This document shows, piece by piece, positions 37,521 through 47,309 of a stretch of DNA of 64,000 nt; positions within the stretch are counted from its first letter, which is position 1, and every line of letters begins with the position of its first letter. Under the pieces are notes generated by a model that worked only from the letters and a program-made list of their open reading frames with translations, did not search any database and was not told the origin of the DNA. The DNA lies in contig CALRZN010000011.1 of NCBI GenBank assembly GCA_943372645.1, positions 20,200-84,199 of the forward strand, read 5' to 3'. The stretch is from Chitinophaga pinensis. Lineage in GTDB: Bacteria; Bacteroidota; Bacteroidia; Palsa-965. A program made the translations under genes and the position numbers.

Positions 37521-37752
37521 TTTGATTTGGGAACAATGCAGTCTGAGGAACTGTGCTATCGCTTCGTTAAGCGAAAAGTGTCAGCCCACACCCTCCCCCC
37601 ACCCCGCAAAGTCTCACATAAAGTAACGCAAAGAACATGGCGGTACTTTGCGTAAAACCTTGTGATACTTTGCGCCTGCCAAGCCGAAGGCGTGGGTTAA
37701 GGTTGAAGGTGCAGTTCCTAAAACGCCCTAACAATAATTTAAACGATCAGAA

Positions 37753-38886
37753 TTACTTCCGCTCCCGCAGATTCGTAAACGGCATTTCCACATATTTATA
37801 CCAGCACACGGAAACCAGCAGCACAGCAAGCAGGTAAAGCAAAAACAACCCGGAGGTTTGCAGCAGCGTTGTATTATGCATCAGCAGCGTAAAGTCTTCG
37901 GCCAGCGGGCTGAGGTGGAACAGGTAAAATGAAAACGAGATCAGGCTGAGTGTAGTAAAAAAATGAAAGCGGAATCCGCTTGCGCGTTTGCGTTTGTAAA
38001 ACCACGGAATGAGTAATACAAACGAAACCGGTATGACTGTAAAATAAACCACATTGTACATCATGCCTTCCGGGTAACGGATACGGAAAAGCAGCATGAA
38101 CATATAAAGTAAAATTCCTGCCGCAAAAAGCCATCCTGAAATACGCAGCAGTTGTTCTTTATAGCGGTAGAAAAGTGCGGCCAGCAGCACCCCGTAAACA
38201 CTGCTGTCAATCCGCATCAGCAGCGAACGGCGCATTACACTATCCCAATGCGGATGGTATTCAAAATAAAAATACAGCCGCAGCGCTACCGAAACCACGA
38301 TAATCAGTCCGCAGGTAATGAACAGTGCACGGATAGCGTTTACTTTTTTCCCGGTGAGGTAAACCAATGCGAGAAACAGCAGCGGGAACAGAATATAAAA
38401 CCATTCTTCGATTGCAAGGCTGTAACTGATCGGAAAAAACCAGCTGTCGGCGGCAAAAACGTTTTGCAGGAACAACAGGTGTTTCCATGAAAAATCGTGG
38501 TGATAACCGGTGATGAAATAACCATTGAGGTACACAATCAGCAATGCGATATAATACACCGGCAACGTTTTATACCAGCGCCTGCGGCAGAATTCATAAA
38601 GTGCTTTCCCTGAAAAATCGTTCCGCGCAATCATGCCTTTGATGAGCATGTTGCCGATGAGAAACCCGCTGAGCGCAAAAAACAATTCCACGCCGTTGAT
38701 ACAGAAATGTTCAAGGCGCAGGATTTTCGGAAAAAACGGTTCAAAAAAATGGAGCGAGTGCCCCGTGAGCACCATGATCATACCGATGGCGCGCATCACA
38801 TCCAGGCCAAAGTTGCGCTGCTCCAGTTCCGTTTCTATCGAAAAAAAACGGACGAGTGGATTCCGCGGAGAGGCTGGCGTACTCAT
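37753..38886 (-). CDS. Acyltransferase family 3 (OafA/OatA-like membrane O-acyltransferase)
   Basis: 377 aa, about 10 TM helices. N-terminal LDVMRAIGMIMVLTGH and FFALSGFLI are acyltransferase_3 hallmarks. Confidence 0.7.
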   Translation of the reverse strand: MSTPASPRNPLVRFFSIETELEQRNFGLDVMRAIGMIMVLTGHSLHFFEPFFPKILRLEHFCINGVELFFALSGFLIGNMLIKGMIARNDFSGKALYEFCRRRWYKTLPVYYIALLIVYLNGYFITGYHHDFSWKHLLFLQNVFAADSWFFPISYSLAIEEWFYILFPLLFLALVYLTGKKVNAIRALFITCGLIIVVSVALRLYFYFEYHPHWDSVMRRSLLMRIDSSVYGVLLAALFYRYKEQLLRISGWLFAAGILLYMFMLLFRIRYPEGMMYNVVYFTVIPVSFVLLIPWFYKRKRASGFRFHFFTTLSLISFSFYLFHLSPLAEDFTLLMHNTTLLQTSGLFLLYLLAVLLVSVCWYKYVEMPFTNLRERK

Positions 38887-40352
38887 GCTACAGGTTCTTC
38901 AGGCTGTGCCGGTTTCTTCCGTTCCACATCGAGGTAAACGATTAAGGCCATGCTTACAAATACAAGCGAAGCCATTTTATCATCGTCCATAAACCCGTTG
39001 AAGCCGCCGTGAATGAGGTACGTAATGAAACCAAGCAGGGCCATCAGCGCAAGCAGTTTGTTGCGGCGGTTGGTGGTGAGGCGGTAACACTCGATGCCTT
39101 TGTATGTCATCAGGATAAAAAGCACGATGTGCAGCGCAAAACCGAACACACCTGTTTCCGCATAATACTGCAGGTATTCCGAATGCGCATGGCCGCGGTT
39201 GCCGGTAAACGTACTGGTGTAGGTCATGTCCTGGCGCAACTGGTACTTCCCGTAATAAAACTTATACGTCCGCGGTCCGAAGCCGAACACCGGGCGTTCG
39301 TTGCCCATACGTATGGCGCATTTCCAGCGGTTGATGCGCTCTTTGTTTGATACGTCGGCTTCGATGCTGGTAATGGATTTGATGTGCTGATCAAGTGCTT
39401 CGCGATTGCTCACCGCTTTGTTCTCGGCCAGTTTGCCATACAGCGCATCGAAATTGAGCACCACTGCTGCAAACACCAGGATCACCCCGATGATAAACGT
39501 TCGTCCGCCCATGCCCATGCGCAGCGCGATGTACAACACCAGCGCCCCGATGAGGCTGAGCCACGCGGCCCGCGAGAACGACAGAAATTCGGCGACGCAG
39601 AGAAACAGCAGCATCAGCAACAGGAAACCGGGAAGTATTCGGCTGCTGCTGAACAAACGGATATTAAAAAAAAGAATGAGCAGTATGGGCAACAGGAACG
39701 CAATGCAGGCTCCGTAAACCGTATGGTCGTTAAAAAACGGTTTCGACATTACGTAGGCTCCTTTCTGCGAAAAATCGAGCGTGGCATGAAACGTCATGGC
39801 TTTAATTACCGGCAGAATTGTTCCGATGGCGTACATCAGGTAAATAATCCACGGCCGTTTTTCATGCCTGAAAAAGAAGGCAGCCATCAGGAAAAAAGTA
39901 CCCACGTAACAAAAACGGATGAGCAGGTATTTCATCGAAACGGCCGGCAACGCACTGTTTATGGTAGATACACCGAGCCAGAGCAGTTCAATAAAAAGTA
40001 CAATGGTAATCGGATGCACCAGTATTGCCTTTACATCGCGCCACATGCGGGGCAGGTACATTACCAGCAGCAGCGTAAGCATACCGATCATGGGTTCGGT
40101 GGGCAGCTGTATTTCGGCTTCGCCGGGCAGACTTACGGCGATGGAAAGCGGTGCAAACAGAAACAACAGGCGAAAAAGCTGGGCGCGGTTGAGTACAAAA
40201 TACCCGGCTGTTAACGCCGCAAACGAGATGATAAAAACAATGTAAATGAGCAGGTAATTCGAAACGGCAATACTGTAAAAGGAAACGGCACTCAGCAAAA
40301 TGCAGAATGCAACCAGTCCTCTTTCGTATGTGAGCCGGAACGATCGGAACAC
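38883..40352 (-). CDS. O-antigen ligase / Wzy-type polymerase family membrane protein
   Basis: 489 aa polytopic. Wzy_C-like region ...FSRAAWLSLIGALVLY... with a periplasmic loop. Overlaps the acyltransferase start by 4 nt. Confidence 0.65.
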   Translation of the reverse strand: MFRSFRLTYERGLVAFCILLSAVSFYSIAVSNYLLIYIVFIISFAALTAGYFVLNRAQLFRLLFLFAPLSIAVSLPGEAEIQLPTEPMIGMLTLLLVMYLPRMWRDVKAILVHPITIVLFIELLWLGVSTINSALPAVSMKYLLIRFCYVGTFFLMAAFFFRHEKRPWIIYLMYAIGTILPVIKAMTFHATLDFSQKGAYVMSKPFFNDHTVYGACIAFLLPILLILFFNIRLFSSSRILPGFLLLMLLFLCVAEFLSFSRAAWLSLIGALVLYIALRMGMGGRTFIIGVILVFAAVVLNFDALYGKLAENKAVSNREALDQHIKSITSIEADVSNKERINRWKCAIRMGNERPVFGFGPRTYKFYYGKYQLRQDMTYTSTFTGNRGHAHSEYLQYYAETGVFGFALHIVLFILMTYKGIECYRLTTNRRNKLLALMALLGFITYLIHGGFNGFMDDDKMASLVFVSMALIVYLDVERKKPAQPEEPVA

Positions 40353-40356
40353 GTTT

Positions 40357-41295
40357 TTATTTTTTTTGCCGGATCACCTGCACCACATGTTTCAGGTACA
40401 AACCGGTGAGCATAAGAAACAGGGAACCGAAGAAACCGATACAGATATTAAACAGCGTAAGCGGATACGCTTTTTTGTAAAGCGGGGTGGCCTCATCCAG
40501 GATATAAAACTGCGGGATCGGGCTGTTGCCGATGTTCGCTGCGTTTTCGTAACGGATGCGCAATTCACCGAGTTGTTTCTGTTCGTTGATGTGTTCCTGG
40601 CTGAGTGCTTCCAGTTCAAGCTGCAGCGCCGGGTCGGAACTTGCTGTTTTGCTGTTTACCAGTATCTGCGATTCCATAATCGTTACATTCGATTCACCCA
40701 GCGTTTTGCGGATGGCAAGAATGCGGCTGCGGAGGCTGTCCACTTCGGCGCGTTTGTGTTCATAATCAACACGGAACCGTTCGCCGGCCAGCTGGCTGTT
40801 GGTTTTCATAAACCGTTCGCGCATACGCCCGGCCAGTTTTACGATGTAATCGACAATCTGCGCAGAAAACTTCGGATCGTGCGTTTCCGCTTCCACCACA
40901 ATCGACATTACATTGGTGCGGTTTGAAATGAAGCGCTGGTCGTACAACTCATTCAGCCCCGCCTGCCAGCCAAACCGGGTGGTATCGATTTCATAATATT
41001 TTACGAGGTTGAATTTGTGGATCACCGAATCTTTCATCTGCTCCGAATGCAGCAGTTGCAGCAGGCGGTCGGCCTCCACATCGTATCCGAACTGCGGATT
41101 TTCAACCGTCTGTTCCAGCGAAATGGTGTACGGAATAAAAAACGAAGCCTTGGCCCGGTAACGCGGCGTAAGCATCAGGGTAAAAATGATTGCACCCGTG
41201 GTACAAAGCAAAACAACGCCGGCAATCAGTTTCCAGTTTTTCAGGTAAATGGATTCTACCGAAAGCGTGGAGCTCTTCTCATCAAAAACAGACAT
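40357..41295 (-). CDS. Polysaccharide chain-length determinant (Wzz/GumC-like) protein
   Basis: Start at the internal Met (MSVFDEKSS...) is preferred. N-terminal TM, long coiled-coil periplasmic domain, C-terminal TM ...LTLFNICIGFFGSLFLMLTGLYL. Confidence 0.6.
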   Translation of the reverse strand: MSVFDEKSSTLSVESIYLKNWKLIAGVVLLCTTGAIIFTLMLTPRYRAKASFFIPYTISLEQTVENPQFGYDVEADRLLQLLHSEQMKDSVIHKFNLVKYYEIDTTRFGWQAGLNELYDQRFISNRTNVMSIVVEAETHDPKFSAQIVDYIVKLAGRMRERFMKTNSQLAGERFRVDYEHKRAEVDSLRSRILAIRKTLGESNVTIMESQILVNSKTASSDPALQLELEALSQEHINEQKQLGELRIRYENAANIGNSPIPQFYILDEATPLYKKAYPLTLFNICIGFFGSLFLMLTGLYLKHVVQVIRQKK

Positions 41296-41411
41296 AGTTA
41301 AAAATTTGCCCAATGATACGGATTTTCCCGCGAAAAGGGAGGCCGAAAAAGCATACCGCAGCACGATTTTACCGTTATCTTTACGGCGCATTTTCAAAAT
41401 CAGAACACGTT

Positions 41412-42683
41412 ATGTTACCGACCAACGATCCGTCACTGCGCAGCTGGGTGAATGTTTCACCCGGCAGCGATTTCCCGATTCAGAACCTGCCTTTCGGCAT
41501 TTTTATCACAGCAACCCGCTCGCCCCGCGCCGGTGTGGCCATCGGCGATTTTATTATTGATCTGCCGGCCCTCGCCTACCTCGGATTTTTAGACGCGCTG
41601 GAAATTGACCGTGCTGTTTTTGAAATGCCCACGCTCAACGCGTTCATCGCGCTCGGCCAGCCCAAATGGCGTGCTGTACGCGAACGCATATCGCAGCTGC
41701 TGCGCAGCGACAATACGGAACTGCAGAACCAGGCTGCCCTGCACGCACAATGCCTCGTGCCCCAGGCCGAAGCCGAAATGCTGCTGCCGGTAACCATCGG
41801 CGATTACACCGACTTTTATTCGAGCATCGACCACGCCACCAACATGGGCAAAATGCTCCGCGATCCGGCCAACGCGCTGTTGCCGAACTGGAAACACATC
41901 CCGGTGGGTTACCACGGCCGCGCCTCCAGCATCGTTATTTCCGGCACACCCATCCACCGCCCGAAAGGCCAGACCAAAGCACCCGACGCGGATGTGCCTT
42001 CGTTCGGTCCGACCAAACTGCTCGACTTCGAACTCGAAACCGCATTCATCATTGGTAAACCCACCGCACTCGGCGAAAGTGTTACCACGGCCGAAGCCGG
42101 CAATCACATCTTCGGCATGGTACTGTTTAACGACTGGAGCGCACGCGACATCCAGGGCTGGGAATATGTGCCGCTGGGACCGTTCCTGAGTAAAAATTTC
42201 GGTTCCACCATTTCGCCGTGGATTGTAACAATGGATGCACTCGAACCGTTCCGCGTAAAAGGCTACGTGCAGGAACCAAAAGTGCTGCCCTACCTCGAAT
42301 ACAGCGGCGACAAAAACATTGACATCACGCTCGACGTGTTCATCAAACCCGAAAACAGCGACGAATCACGCATCTGCCGTTCCAACTACAAATACATGTA
42401 CTGGACAATGGAACAGCAGCTCACGCACCACACGGTGAACGGCTGCAACATCAACATCGGCGACATGATGGCCTCCGGCACCATCAGCGGTCCGGACGAA
42501 GGCAGCTTCGGCTCGATGATGGAAATCACCTGGCGCGGCACCAAACCCGTTAAAATGGCCGACGGCACCGAACGCAAATTCATCAACGACGGCGACACGC
42601 TCATCATCCGCGGGTTTGCGGAACGGGATGGCGTACGAATTGGCTTCGGAGAATGTTCCGGAAAAGTGCTGCCTGCTACTTAG
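41412..42683 (+). CDS. fah: Fumarylacetoacetase (fumarylacetoacetate hydrolase)
   Basis: MLPTNDPSLRSWVNV...DFPIQNLPFGIF N-terminal domain is characteristic of FAH. C-terminal FAA_hydrolase fold ...GDYTDFYSS...ELE.AFIIGK. Confidence 0.85.
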   Translation: MLPTNDPSLRSWVNVSPGSDFPIQNLPFGIFITATRSPRAGVAIGDFIIDLPALAYLGFLDALEIDRAVFEMPTLNAFIALGQPKWRAVRERISQLLRSDNTELQNQAALHAQCLVPQAEAEMLLPVTIGDYTDFYSSIDHATNMGKMLRDPANALLPNWKHIPVGYHGRASSIVISGTPIHRPKGQTKAPDADVPSFGPTKLLDFELETAFIIGKPTALGESVTTAEAGNHIFGMVLFNDWSARDIQGWEYVPLGPFLSKNFGSTISPWIVTMDALEPFRVKGYVQEPKVLPYLEYSGDKNIDITLDVFIKPENSDESRICRSNYKYMYWTMEQQLTHHTVNGCNINIGDMMASGTISGPDEGSFGSMMEITWRGTKPVKMADGTERKFINDGDTLIIRGFAERDGVRIGFGECSGKVLPAT

Positions 42684-42743
42684 GATTTTGGGAGTTGAAG
42701 ATCGGGCCGGAAATCAAACGCTCAATTTTCAAACAAAACAACA

Positions 42744-43274
42744 TCAATACTCCCCAAACGCCGCCGCATGGTCTGCGATCATTTTCAGTGCAGCTTCGCT
42801 GGTTACTTTTTCCGTATCCGTAATTTCCCGCACCAGGGCAAGGATGAGTTTGTGGTAAAACACATTGATTTTCAGGTAATGAAACGCGTTGGTCAGGTCA
42901 TCCACCCCGCGCAGGTTGCCCCCGCGTCCGGAAGCGACGCCAACCAGGGCCGTTTTTTTGCCGGCGAGGTCGGCGGGCGGAATAGCGTCTATCAGCAGTT
43001 TAAAAATGCCGGGATAGGAACCGTTGTATTCAGGTATTACCATCACTAATTTGTCGGCCGGAAGGATGTATTGTTCCATTATGCCCTGGAAGGCCGGGCT
43101 CCGTTTACCGTAAAAATCGCTCACGATAAAGTCAGCCGGCAACTGCTGCAGGCTAAACACCTGGTTTTCAATATTTAATTGCGTAAGTGCGGTACTGTAG
43201 GCGGTGGCCACCTTATGGGTATTGCTGCCGGGGCGGTTGGTTCCGGAAATAATTGTGAGCATAGGTCTGTTCAA
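42744..43274 (-). CDS. NAD(P)H-dependent FMN reductase (flavodoxin-like fold)
   Basis: MLTIISGTNRPGSNT... N-terminal pattern and ...PEYNGSYPG motif of the FMN_red family. 176 aa. Confidence 0.7.
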   Translation of the reverse strand: MNRPMLTIISGTNRPGSNTHKVATAYSTALTQLNIENQVFSLQQLPADFIVSDFYGKRSPAFQGIMEQYILPADKLVMVIPEYNGSYPGIFKLLIDAIPPADLAGKKTALVGVASGRGGNLRGVDDLTNAFHYLKINVFYHKLILALVREITDTEKVTSEAALKMIADHAAAFGEY

Positions 43275-43422
43275 ATTTAAAGTGCGGCTTGTTTATAATT
43301 TGCTTCCCCGTGAAACGCTTTATTCCCTACCTTCGGGCGATAATTCAGGGCGGCTACAAAGAACGCGTTTTCATGCCACTTTGTTCATCCGTTCCCCGGA
43401 TTTCCAAGATACTTTTTACAGC

Positions 43423-44112
43423 ATGCAGATTTCATATTACGGACATTCCTGTTTTGGCGTGGAAATCAAAGGCAAACACCTGCTTTTTGATCCGTTTATC
43501 ACGTACAACCCGCTTACTTCCGGAACCGGCGTTACGGCCGAAACCGTAAAAGCAGATTATATCCTGGTTTCACACGGGCACGAAGATCATGTGGCCGACC
43601 TTGTTGCCATTGCAAAACGCACCGGCGCAAAAGTGATAAGCGCCTTCGAAATCCACGCCTGGCTGAATAAACAGGGCGTTGAAAACACGCACCCGATGAA
43701 CACCGGTGGAAAATGGATGTTCGATTTCGGCAAAGTAAAATGCGTAGTGGCACAGCACAGCAGCAGCCTGCCCGACGGCACCTACGCCGGAAACCCGATG
43801 GGTTTTATCGTGGAAAGCGACGAAGGCAGTTTTTATTACGCCGGCGATACCGCACTTACGTATGATATGAAACTGATCGGCGAATACCGCTCGGTTGATT
43901 TCGCGTTCCTGCCTATCGGCGATAACTTTACCATGGGCGTTGATAACGCCATTATTGCCTGCGATTTTATTGCCTGCAACGACATTATCGGGATGCACTT
44001 CGATACGTTCGGGTACATCAAAATAGATCACAACGAAGCGCGCGAAAAATTTGAACGTGCCGGGAAAAAACTGAAATTAATGCAAATCGGGGAAACCATT
44101 TCGAAACCCTGA
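43423..44112 (+). CDS. MBL-fold metal-dependent hydrolase (UPF0173 family)
   Basis: Start at the internal ATG (MQISYYGHSCF...). LVSHGHEDH metallo-beta-lactamase zinc-binding motif. 229 aa. Confidence 0.75.
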   Translation: MQISYYGHSCFGVEIKGKHLLFDPFITYNPLTSGTGVTAETVKADYILVSHGHEDHVADLVAIAKRTGAKVISAFEIHAWLNKQGVENTHPMNTGGKWMFDFGKVKCVVAQHSSSLPDGTYAGNPMGFIVESDEGSFYYAGDTALTYDMKLIGEYRSVDFAFLPIGDNFTMGVDNAIIACDFIACNDIIGMHFDTFGYIKIDHNEAREKFERAGKKLKLMQIGETISKP

Positions 44113-44133
44113 TCCGATCGGAGCACATACACT

Positions 44134-44946
44134 ATGGGGAAAATTATTGCAATAGCAAATCAGAAGGGCGGAGTCGGAAAAACAACGACAGCAATTAACC
44201 TGGCGGCCAGCCTCGCCGTACTCGAATACCGTACACTGCTGGTAGATGCCGACCCGCAGGCCAACGCCACTTCCGGTGTAGGCCACGATCCGAAGAACGT
44301 AAAAACGAGCATTTACGAGTGCATCATCGAAGACCGCGATCCGAAAGACGTGATTCTTACAACCAGCACGCCCCACCTCGACCTGCTGCCCGCACACATC
44401 GACCTGGTAGGTGCTGAAATTGAAATGATCAACCTGCCCAGCCGCGAAAAAATGATGCGCCATGTGCTCGGCAAAATCAAAAACAACTACGATTTTATCA
44501 TTCTCGATTGTTCACCTTCACTCGGCTTGGTAACGGTTAACTCGCTCACGGCTGCCGATTCGGTGATTGTGCCGGTGCAATGTGAATACTTTGCACTCGA
44601 AGGACTGGGCAAACTGCTGAACACGATTAAAATTGTACAGACACGCCTCAACCCGGACCTGGCCATCGAAGGCATCCTGCTCACGATGTACGACATCCGC
44701 CTGCGCCTGAGCAACCAGGTAGTGGAAGAAGTGAAAACACATTTTCAGAGCATGGTGTTTGATACAATTATCCAGCGCAACACCAAACTGGGCGAAGCAC
44801 CGAGCTTCGGCGAAACCATCATCATGCACGATGCAACCAGCAAAGGCGCAATCAACTACCTGAACCTGGCGCGCGAAATTCTGCAGAAAAACAACATGAC
44901 GCGGATGAGCGATGAAGAAAAAATCATCAACCTCACCGGCAAATAA
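44134..44946 (+). CDS. parA: Chromosome partitioning ATPase ParA/Soj
   Basis: KIIAIANQKGGVGKTTTAINLA deviant Walker A. 270 aa. Confidence 0.9.
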   Translation: MGKIIAIANQKGGVGKTTTAINLAASLAVLEYRTLLVDADPQANATSGVGHDPKNVKTSIYECIIEDRDPKDVILTTSTPHLDLLPAHIDLVGAEIEMINLPSREKMMRHVLGKIKNNYDFIILDCSPSLGLVTVNSLTAADSVIVPVQCEYFALEGLGKLLNTIKIVQTRLNPDLAIEGILLTMYDIRLRLSNQVVEEVKTHFQSMVFDTIIQRNTKLGEAPSFGETIIMHDATSKGAINYLNLAREILQKNNMTRMSDEEKIINLTGK

Positions 44947-45017
44947 GTAACGCATTATGCAACTACCAATCCTGCCGGCACCCGCCAGCAGGATTTTATT
45001 TTCAGAAGGATAAAACG

Positions 45018-45929
45018 ATGAGCATTAAAAAATCAGCTTTAGGCAAAGGACTCAGTGCACTGCTCGAAAACGCAGGAACCGACATCACCAGCAAACCGCA
45101 GGTGAGTGCTGAAACAACCACGACCAGCACCGCTGTTGCAGGCGGCATCAGCACCATTCCGGTGAACCAGATTGAGACCAACCCGTTTCAGCCGCGTACG
45201 CATTTTGAAGAACAGGCGCTGCAGGAACTGGCCGAATCCATTAAGGTACACGGCATCATTCAGCCGGTTACCGTGCGTAAAATGGGCTACGACAAGTACC
45301 AGCTCATTTCGGGTGAGCGCCGTTTCCGCGCATCGCAGCTGGCCGGCCTCGAAAGCATCCCGGCTTATGTGCGCATTGCAAACGACCAGGCCATGCTCGA
45401 AATGGCGCTCGTGGAAAACATCCAGCGCGAAAACCTCGACGCCATCGAAATTGCCATCAGCTATCGCCGCCTCATTGACGAGTGCAGCCTCACGCAGGAA
45501 CAGCTCAGCGAAAAAGTAAGCAAGCAGCGCTCCACCATCACCAATTACCTGCGTCTGCTTAAACTGCCCGCCGAAATTCAGCGCGGCATCCGCGAAAAAA
45601 GCATCACCATGGGCCACGCCCGTGCACTCATCAACATCGAGAACCCGAAAACGCAGATTGACCTGTACAAACAGATCATCACCGACGAACTTTCGGTACG
45701 CGATGTGGAAAATATGGCCCGCGGCGAAAAAACCGTTCCGCAGCGCGCCAGCCACGAAAAAATGCGCGGCGACCTGGATGAAAAATATGCCGACAAACTG
45801 AAAGCGCTGGCCAAACAGTACGGCGGAAAACTGGAACTGAAAAGCAACGAAGCCGGAAAAGGCCGTCTTACCATACCGTTCGACAGCGAAGAAAACCTGG
45901 AACGGCTTTTGGACATCCTCGACGTTTAA
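45018..45929 (+). CDS. parB: Chromosome partitioning protein ParB/Spo0J
   Basis: ...IQPVTVRK..YQLISGERRFRA (ParB box II GERRxRA), HTH, C-terminal dimerisation domain. Confidence 0.9.
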   Translation: MSIKKSALGKGLSALLENAGTDITSKPQVSAETTTTSTAVAGGISTIPVNQIETNPFQPRTHFEEQALQELAESIKVHGIIQPVTVRKMGYDKYQLISGERRFRASQLAGLESIPAYVRIANDQAMLEMALVENIQRENLDAIEIAISYRRLIDECSLTQEQLSEKVSKQRSTITNYLRLLKLPAEIQRGIREKSITMGHARALINIENPKTQIDLYKQIITDELSVRDVENMARGEKTVPQRASHEKMRGDLDEKYADKLKALAKQYGGKLELKSNEAGKGRLTIPFDSEENLERLLDILDV

Positions 45930-45938
45930 TACTCCCTC

Positions 45939-46562
45939 ATGCGCCTGTTTTCTGTTCCCAACCTGCTCCTGCTGCTGGTGCTGTTTACCGGCGCCGCTGC
46001 CTTTGCGCAGCAGGATTCCGTTACAAAATGGAATGTGGTGGTTGGCGATTCAGCAGTGCGCAAAGACAGTTTAGCGTTCCGCAAAGAAAAAGGTCCGCCC
46101 GAACATTCCCCGAAAAAAGCGGCCATCCTCTCCGCCTGCCTTCCCGGCGCCGGACAGGTGTACAACGGCAAACCCGGTTACCTGTGGAAAGTGCCCGTAA
46201 TTTATGTCGGGTTTGGTGCACTCACCTACTCCACCATCTGGAATAACCAGCAGTTTAAAATATATGCCGAGGCTCTGCATTTCCGTTACGATGATGATCC
46301 TGCTACCATTGATCCCCTTTCCCGCTACAGCGACAACGACCTCGTTACCCTGAAAGATTATTACCGCCGCAACCGCGATTTGTCCATCATCGGCATCGGT
46401 GCATTATATGTGCTGCAGATAGTGGATGCCACTGTGGATGCGCACCTCTACCAGTTCGATAAAAAGATGGACGGCCCGCTTACACTGCAGGTAAAACCAC
46501 GCTGGATGTATGCAGATCAGCGCATGTATCCGGGCGTTTGCGTAACGCTGGGGTTGCATTAA
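45939..46562 (+). CDS. Conserved hypothetical secreted protein immediately downstream of parB (DUF5683-like position)
   Basis: Signal peptide MRLFSVPNLLLLLVLFTGAAAFAQ. ...LSACLPGAGQVYNGKPGYLWKVPVIYVGFGAL motif. 207 aa. Confidence 0.45.
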   Translation: MRLFSVPNLLLLLVLFTGAAAFAQQDSVTKWNVVVGDSAVRKDSLAFRKEKGPPEHSPKKAAILSACLPGAGQVYNGKPGYLWKVPVIYVGFGALTYSTIWNNQQFKIYAEALHFRYDDDPATIDPLSRYSDNDLVTLKDYYRRNRDLSIIGIGALYVLQIVDATVDAHLYQFDKKMDGPLTLQVKPRWMYADQRMYPGVCVTLGLH

Positions 46563-46713
46563 TCCCGCAATCCGCATTTGCCGTGATCTTGTTTTTTTGT
46601 TGCAAATGCTGCGGGATCCTCAAATTTAAGCACCAGTCAATAATCGGTTTGCTGTAATAACAGGTGCAATTTGCCTGCCGCTTAATTTGGGTTAAACCAA
46701 AAAATATTCGAAC

Positions 46714-47220
46714 TTGGCTCCTGCCATGAACGAAAAATGGACCTCGTTTACCCTTACCGCTAACTTTACAGCGCCCGTTTCCGAAGTGTATCGGGTGTGG
46801 GCCACGCAGCGCGGCATCGAAAAATGGTTTCTCCGCAAAGCCATTTACAAAACACCGGAAGGCGACCGCCTCGCAAACGACACCTACGTCCGCGCAGGTG
46901 ATTCGTTTGAATGGTACTGGCACGGTTTCCCCGATTCGGTTGCGGAAAAAGGACGCATCCTCGAAGCCAACCACAAAGACCGGTTCAGCTTTACATTTAC
47001 CGGCGACACCATTGTTACCGTACACATTTACACCCGCGAAAGCGAAACCATGCTGGAACTCACGCAGGGGCAAATTCCGGTAGAAACCGATCCGGAGAAA
47101 AGCCTGTACGTGCAGTGCTCGCACGGCTGGCTGTTTTACCTCACCAACCTCAAATCGTACCTCGAAGGCGGCATGGACCTGCGTAACAAAAGCCTTGCGG
47201 TGAAAAGTCATTTTAAATAA
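46714..47220 (+). CDS. SRPBCC-superfamily protein (AHSA1/Activator-of-Hsp90-ATPase-like)
   Basis: ...FTAPVSEVYRVWATQRGIEKWF... pattern of AHSA1/polyketide_cyc2 proteins. 168 aa. Start may be 46726. Confidence 0.55.
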   Translation: MAPAMNEKWTSFTLTANFTAPVSEVYRVWATQRGIEKWFLRKAIYKTPEGDRLANDTYVRAGDSFEWYWHGFPDSVAEKGRILEANHKDRFSFTFTGDTIVTVHIYTRESETMLELTQGQIPVETDPEKSLYVQCSHGWLFYLTNLKSYLEGGMDLRNKSLAVKSHFK

Positions 47221-47309
47221 CAGAGCCTAAGTCGGTAAATTCCCGGTGTTCGTCGGTATCTGAAATTCCGCATGTTTTTCCTTTCTAATTTTCAGGAAAA
47301 GAAAAACGC

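Noticed and set aside
44134-45929. parA-parB as a marker of a plasmid or mobile element
   Set aside because: The context (mnmE, ribBA, fah and housekeeping transporters nearby, no rep, relaxase or integrase) fits chromosomal parAB near the origin region instead.
46563-46625. Interrupted hairpin atcccgca-atcc-gcatttgc...gcaaatgc-tgcgggat after the parAB-downstream gene
   Set aside because: Likely a transcription attenuator or terminator-like structure, but the T-run is inside the loop rather than 3' of the stem. Left unannotated.
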